From the UHGV virus genome UHGV-1669866: 12,559 bases of DNA. The stretch is one strand, 5' to 3'. Within the stretch, counting starts at the first letter, position 1. The number at the start of each line of letters is the position of its first letter. Origin of the DNA: a virus. Shown in pieces: positions 8,677 to 12,559 of this stretch. Below the pieces are notes generated by a model that searched no databases, had not been told where the DNA came from, and saw nothing but the letters and a program-made list of their open reading frames with translations. The position numbers and the translations under genes are program-made.

Positions 8677-8983
8677 CTTCTACTCCGGCTTTTTTAGCAG
8701 CGAAGCGTTTGATAAGCGAACCAATCGAGTCAGTACCGATGTAGCCGATGAACACGCTCGTTATATAAGCGAGATTGCTACTTAGTCCGGCGAAGTCGAG
8801 AAGGTCACGAATGAACCAGGCGATAATGGCGCACATCGTTGCGTCGATTACTGTTTTTGTAAACGCACCGCCATTATATCTGCCGCGAAGGTACGCCATT
8901 GCAAACGCAAGGATTGCCCCGATGCCTTGTTCCTTTGCCGCGAGAATGGCGGCTAACAGGTCATGTTTTTCTGGCATCTTCAT
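8660..8983 (-). CDS. S: holin/antiholin, lambda S-type (S107/S105 dual start)
   Basis: Translation [39 protein letters not shown]... is near-identical to lambda S as recalled, including the Met-Lys-Met dual-start motif. Confidence 0.95.
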
Positions 8984-9240
8984 GTCTTACCCCCAATAAG
9001 GGGATTTGCTCTATTTAATTAGGAATAAGGTCGATTACTGATAGAACAAATCCAGGCTACTGTGTTTAGTAATCAGATTTGTTCGTGACCGATATGCACG
9101 GGCAAAACGGCATGAGGTTGTTAGCGCAACCTCCTGCCACCCACTTTCACGAAGGTCATGTGTAGAAAGCCGCAGCATAACTATCACTGATGAATTCAGG
9201 ATAGCCAGTGGCTACGGCTCAGGTTGGGTTGTGGCGGTCG
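8984..9240 (-). promoter_or_regulatory. lambda-like 5' leader upstream of S (region of the S translation-initiation control structure)
   Basis: The reverse complement of about 8984-9240 closely resembles my recollection of the lambda sequence immediately upstream of S; the similarity ends near 9240. Confidence 0.4.
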
Positions 9241-9515
9241 GTGCTGAACTCCGACTTAATGACGATAGGCGTGTACCGACGCCTCGTTTTACTTCCTCCG
9301 CTTTCACGGCTTCACCCTAGACCAGCTTTACGAAATCCTCGTAAACCTAACCGCGGCAGATATGACCGGCACGGTGTGCCATATCACGGACCGGCGGGTG
9401 TCTCGTTCACCTGATTAACGCATCAGCCTGCGTATTCACCACAACGATAAGAGTACTGCGCGGCACCTTTCACCAATTCCGCGAGGTCTGCGGGTTCAAT
9501 GCTCTTACCTGTTGT

Positions 9516-9566
9516 GCAAACAAAAAAGCCACCGTTGCAACTTAAGAGTCACTAACGGCAGCTTAC
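9516..9566 (-). terminator. tR'-like intrinsic terminator just downstream of the Q gene
   Basis: Minus strand: GCUGCCGUU, a 17-nt loop, AACGGUGGC (9-bp stem with two G-U pairs), then UUUUUUGUUUG. The following sequence TGCACAACAGGTAAGAGCATTGA resembles the lambda tR' flank as recalled. Confidence 0.5.
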
Positions 9567-9572
9567 CTTCTA

Positions 9573-9602
9573 ATTATGGCTAAATGGATAATTGCATGTC
9601 AA
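9573..9602 (-). promoter_or_regulatory. candidate sigma-70 late promoter (pR'-like) overlapping the Q stop codon
   Basis: Minus strand TTGACA (plus 9597-9602), 18-bp spacer, CATAAT (plus 9573-9578). Predicted start lies at about 9566, at the foot of the terminator hairpin. Confidence 0.45.
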
Positions 9603-10098
9603 GGTTTTTAACAGCAACATGCTTAACTTTCTCAACACGTTTACGCATTTTGAAAGCATTTTGCATTGGCTGGTATAAAACAAATAATGACGCTTTCAGG
9701 ATGTCGTCAATTTCGTTTCTACAGGTTGCCAGTGAAGGTTTTCTCCATCCCTCGCCACCACGTCCACACATCTTGCGTGGCTTTGCAGTCGCGTGATAGT
9801 AGGATGCAATTGCTCGCTTAGATGAACCATGAGCGTAGTAGCTGAGGAGGATGCCAAAGGCTTTCTTGTCAATGTACATGACGGAATCAACGACCTGAGA
9901 AATCAACATTCCATCATCATCATTACACATTGGCCTTGTCATAATTCTTCCCGGCTCTACGCTCTCCATGAACTTCGCTATTACGCTGCTCATGCGCTTT
10001 TCCAGACGACCTGAATAAACCCATGCGCCCCACAGTTCAAGCCAGCCATTCAGCCACTCGTGCTGCTCTTTGGTGAGGTTTAGTTCTCTTATGCTCAT
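9580..10098 (-). CDS. Q: late-gene antiterminator Q (phage 82 / Phage_antitermQ-type, 172 aa)
   Basis: Motifs LELWGAWV and RPMCNDDDGMLISQVVD resemble the 82-type Q family as recalled. Sits between ninH and the lysis cassette; ATGA overlap with the ninH stop; GAGGGGAA RBS. Confidence 0.75.
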   Translation of the reverse strand: MSIRELNLTKEQHEWLNGWLELWGAWVYSGRLEKRMSSVIAKFMESVEPGRIMTRPMCNDDDGMLISQVVDSVMYIDKKAFGILLSYYAHGSSKRAIASYYHATAKPRKMCGRGGEGWRKPSLATCRNEIDDILKASLFVLYQPMQNAFKMRKRVEKVKHVAVKNLDMQLSI

Positions 10099-10283
10099 CG
10101 TCTTCCCCTCTTGCCTTGTTTGACCATCAGGACGCCGTTAACTATTACGTGACGCTCACCTTTGCTGTCTCGGTTGTACTTGAGCACTGTTCCTCTTGCG
10201 CAGGAAAGCATCCTCGCCACTTCGGTCTGATTGCCTCGTGTCTGGATAAGAAGCTCTGGTATCGTTTGAATTGTGGCGTTCAT
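10095..10283 (-). CDS. ninH: NinH-like small DNA-binding protein (62 aa)
   Basis: IPELLIQTRGNQTEVARMLSCARGTVLKY resembles lambda NinH (Fis-like HTH) as recalled; position immediately upstream of Q matches lambda. Confidence 0.7.
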   Translation of the reverse strand: MNATIQTIPELLIQTRGNQTEVARMLSCARGTVLKYNRDSKGERHVIVNGVLMVKQGKRGRR

Positions 10284-10642
10284 GCGTTCTCCAGTTCGGT
10301 GATTTTTATTCCAAGCCGTCCGCCTGGGACTTTCACACCACGAATTACGCGAATGTCATCGAATTGCTCGTCGTCTTCCGCAAATCCGGCGTGGATAAGG
10401 GAGTCGAGTAAACCTTTCAGGATGTTGTCGAGGTCTCGGCGGCGGGAGTCTGGAACGTCTGCGATGACTTTGATGCGGAGTCGTGATTTGGTGAAAATGT
10501 CTAACTTAAGTTGGCGGATAATTTGCTGAACGTCTTTTCGGTATTTCTGGCCTTTATCGCTGATGTAGTATTGGCTTCCCCGTCTTCGCCAGTAGGTATT
10601 CACCGATGGCGGGTATGGAAGCACAAACTGATATTCGTTCAT
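10280..10642 (-). CDS. rusA: RusA Holliday-junction resolvase (120 aa)
   Basis: 120 aa with PYPPSVNTYWRRRG, RRRDLDNILKG and GGRLGIKITE motifs, matching E. coli RusA as recalled. Confidence 0.88.
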   Translation of the reverse strand: MNEYQFVLPYPPSVNTYWRRRGSQYYISDKGQKYRKDVQQIIRQLKLDIFTKSRLRIKVIADVPDSRRRDLDNILKGLLDSLIHAGFAEDDEQFDDIRVIRGVKVPGGRLGIKITELENA

Positions 10643-10929
10643 GACTTAATCTTCCCCTCCTTCAGCAGTATCGCCTGCGTCCTGATCACGCCTTCGAGGT
10701 GGTAAAGTCTGGCGTCTTTGTTGTCGAGATTATGGGTGCGTCGGTCGATTTCATCGTGACACGCGCTACAAGCCCATGCGCCGATCAGGTCGTCAGGCTT
10801 CATTCCCGTTCCGCAAATTCCAGCCATCCGGTAATGTGCCAGAACTGTAGTTTCAGGATTGCCATTGCATACGCCGTAAATACGTACCTGGCATTCTCTG
10901 CCGCGTGCTTCTTTGCGTAGGTTAGCCAT
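10639..10929 (-). CDS. ybcO: YbcO-like Cys-rich putative nuclease (DUF1364-type, 96 aa)
   Basis: RGRECQVRIYGVCNGNPETTVLAH...CSACHDEIDRRTH resembles DLP12 YbcO as recalled; directly upstream of rusA as in DLP12. Confidence 0.7.
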   Translation of the reverse strand: MANLRKEARGRECQVRIYGVCNGNPETTVLAHYRMAGICGTGMKPDDLIGAWACSACHDEIDRRTHNLDNKDARLYHLEGVIRTQAILLKEGKIKS

Positions 10930-11198
10930 TATGGTTCGCTCCAGTAATTCTCAATTGCAGCAGCCATTCTCTGCATCCACTCTGCCAGCTTTAACGCGGC
11001 TTCTCTTTCAGAACCACATTTAGGGAAATCCTTCATTTCCATGCTGGCCTTATATGTTCTGAATGCCAGGTCTCCGGTAATAACCAACTCCTGATCAAGC
11101 ACCGAGCGTTTATTCCGGTGTTGAACGTAATAGACAGATTCAGTCCGCATTTCTTCTCTGTCTTTTTTGAAGGAAATAAGCTCAGAGAAATCACTCAT
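10929..11198 (-). CDS. hypothetical protein (89 aa) in the nin operon
   Basis: ORF track 89 aa; its start overlaps the ninF-like stop (ATGAGTGA) and its stop overlaps the ybcO-like start (TAATG). No family recognised. Confidence 0.5.
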   Translation of the reverse strand: MSDFSELISFKKDREEMRTESVYYVQHRNKRSVLDQELVITGDLAFRTYKASMEMKDFPKCGSEREAALKLAEWMQRMAAAIENYWSEP

Positions 11199-11361
11199 CG
11201 TCTTCTTCCTCGTACATTGAGCTATTCGGATCGCTCATCAGATCTGCGCAGCAGTGCTCACACACGTGAACTTCCAGCACATGCAGCTTCTGACCGCAGT
11301 TAGCGCACGTTAAAGCTCGCTCGACACTTCCTTGTTCGTAACTTCGATTTTGGTCAATCAC
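11191..11361 (-). CDS. ninF: NinF-like small Cys-rich protein (56 aa, GTG start), absent from the ORF track
   Basis: Hand translation of the minus strand gives (V/M)[55 protein letters not shown], resembling lambda NinF as recalled. GTG at 11359-11361 preceded by GAGGAA; GTGA overlap with the ninE stop. Confidence 0.55.
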   Translation of the reverse strand: MIDQNRSYEQGSVERALTCANCGQKLHVLEVHVCEHCCADLMSDPNSSMYEEEDDE

Positions 11362-11540
11362 CTTGTTTTCCTCGCACGTTCTCTAAGCCACCGGATATCC
11401 CACAGGTGAGCCGTGTAGTTGAAGGTTTTTACGTCAGATTCTTTTGGGATTGGCTTGCGTTTATTTCTGGAGCGTTTCGTTGGAAGGTATTTGCAGTTTT
11501 CGCAGATGATGTCGGTGATGCTTCGTCGCTGTCGTCTCAT
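11358..11540 (-). CDS. ninE: NinE-like protein (about 60 aa from the MRRQRR start)
   Basis: [23 protein letters not shown]...[14 protein letters not shown] resembles lambda NinE as recalled. The internal ATG at 11540 follows the HNH stop directly; the ORF-track start at 11558 would add 6 residues overlapping the HNH gene. Confidence 0.72.
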   Translation of the reverse strand: MRRQRRSITDIICENCKYLPTKRSRNKRKPIPKESDVKTFNYTAHLWDIRWLRERARKTR

Positions 11541-12139
11541 GCCGCCCTGTCTCCCCATCTCGCTTTCATTTTTTCATTTGCAAATCGCCAGAATCTTCCT
11601 TTGTGATATGAGCTTTCGCCATTACAGCAACGACTAATTGACGAACTATCAAATCCTTCTCTGACAGCATCCATAGCTGCTTCATAATAAACCTCCTCCC
11701 CAGTTTTCATGTCAGTAGAAATAACAGCTTTACTGGCAGGATGATCACCACTAAATTTACCTAGCGATATAGGTATTCTTCCATTTTGTTTATATCCGTG
11801 CTTTGAGTTTTCAGAATGTGATACCCATTCAAGGTTTTCAGCCCTATTGTCATCTCTTTGCCCATTTTTGTGATTAACTACCAAGCCATCACAGAACCCT
11901 GTACAGAATGCTTTCGCAACTATCCTGTGGGCGCTGTATTTCTTACCGTATACCTTTATTTGAAGATATCCTGTCGACTTGCACTTGAATGGTTTTACGC
12001 TAGTGCCATTAATTATTTTCTTATATGGCCTCTGTCTGGTTGATGTTACTGTAACTTCCCTCGTAATAGACCTGAAATTTCCTTTATTGCTAACCTGATA
12101 AAATGGAATCCCTTCGATATCTACCCAAACCTCAATCAT
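11537..12139 (-). CDS. HNH homing endonuclease (NUMOD4 + HNH_3 type, 200 aa)
   Basis: N-terminal NUMOD4-like motif ([15 protein letters not shown]) and HNH_3-like core (HRIVAKAF...[25 protein letters not shown]). The gene lies in an AT-rich stretch that contrasts with flanking DNA. GGAGG before the ATG. Confidence 0.85.
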   Translation of the reverse strand: MIEVWVDIEGIPFYQVSNKGNFRSITREVTVTSTRQRPYKKIINGTSVKPFKCKSTGYLQIKVYGKKYSAHRIVAKAFCTGFCDGLVVNHKNGQRDDNRAENLEWVSHSENSKHGYKQNGRIPISLGKFSGDHPASKAVISTDMKTGEEVYYEAAMDAVREGFDSSSISRCCNGESSYHKGRFWRFANEKMKARWGDRAA

Positions 12140-12548
12140 AATTCCTCCATTCGCTAAGATGAATTGAGTTCATGGCACAATATGCTTCTATGTAGTCCAT
12201 TATTTCGGATATTTTTTTTACAGATAGAGTCGCCGTACTCTCTCTGATGTTTATTAGCTCACCTTCTAACCCTGATATAATCTCAGGGTGCTGGTTGGTT
12301 GCAATCTGCCAACCAGAAACGAATAACCCCTTCCAAAACTCAATATTTCTTGCTTTTCCATGATATGTAGCCTTCTTACTTATTTCAGATAGCATCGCGT
12401 GAAGGCGTGCATTTTGCCGAATGCTGCGGTTGCGTTCCTGGATGGTCACTACGATTGGTTTGGTTGGGTCTGGAAGAATTTGCTGTATCGCGTGAATAGC
12501 GTTTTGCTGATGAATGGGGCTTCTTAGTTCAAACGTTAGTTTCCTCAT
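12132..12548 (-). CDS. ninB: NinB/Orf-family recombination mediator (138 aa), chimeric
   Basis: First about 42 residues (MRKLTFELRSPIHQQNAIHAIQQILPDPTKPIVVTIQERNRS) match lambda NinB as recalled; the remainder is divergent and AT-rich. AAGGTGA RBS before the ATG at 12548. Confidence 0.78.
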   Translation of the reverse strand: MRKLTFELRSPIHQQNAIHAIQQILPDPTKPIVVTIQERNRSIRQNARLHAMLSEISKKATYHGKARNIEFWKGLFVSGWQIATNQHPEIISGLEGELINIRESTATLSVKKISEIMDYIEAYCAMNSIHLSEWRNYD

Positions 12549-12559
12549 TGCTCACCTTC

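Noticed and set aside
9208-9414. Plus-strand 68-aa ORF in the Q-to-S gap
   Set aside because: Arg/Pro-rich translation, no RBS, opposite to the direction of every real gene here; most likely non-coding.
9000-9580. Possible tRNA genes or toxin cargo between Q and S, as found in some lambdoid phages
   Set aside because: No cloverleaf-compatible sequence or T-loop motif was seen by eye and there is no ORF of adequate length; the gap appears to be regulatory only.
10116-10920. Plus-strand ORFs across the nin region (10116-10529, 10511-10705, 10699-10920)
   Set aside because: Antisense to rusA and the ybcO-like gene with no start signals; shadow ORFs.
1-12559. Integrase, attachment sites, IS elements, CRISPR arrays, rRNA
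   Set aside because: Nothing in the window has the sequence features of any of these; the window is internal to the late region of the phage genome.

Overview
The window reads as a contiguous stretch of a lambdoid (P22/Sf6-like) phage or prophage from an enterobacterium, with every supported gene on the minus strand. In transcription order (high to low coordinate) it runs: nin region (ninB, an inserted HNH homing endonuclease, ninE, ninF, an 89-aa orphan, a YbcO-like Cys-rich protein, rusA, ninH), a Q-type late antiterminator, a compact candidate late promoter/terminator, a lambda-type lysis cassette (S, R, Rz with embedded Rz1), a roughly 600-bp gap with one small membrane-protein ORF, then the head-morphogenesis operon (80-aa ORF, terminase small and large subunits, portal, scaffold, coat, gp4-like, start of a gp10-like gene). 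The architecture is modular and mosaic: the lysis genes look lambda-like while the packaging and head genes look P22/Sf6-like. No tRNA, rRNA, CRISPR array, IS element, integrase or attachment site is visible. The most unusual region is the AT-rich island at about 11580-12420 carrying the HNH endonuclease next to a chimeric ninB; other unexplained pieces are the 89-aa nin ORF, the 91-aa membrane ORF after Rz, and the promoter/terminator module overlapping the end of Q. I see no clear multi-gene novel system, only candidate accessory (moron) genes. All homology statements are from reading the translations and from memory of phage protein families; nothing was searched or computed.
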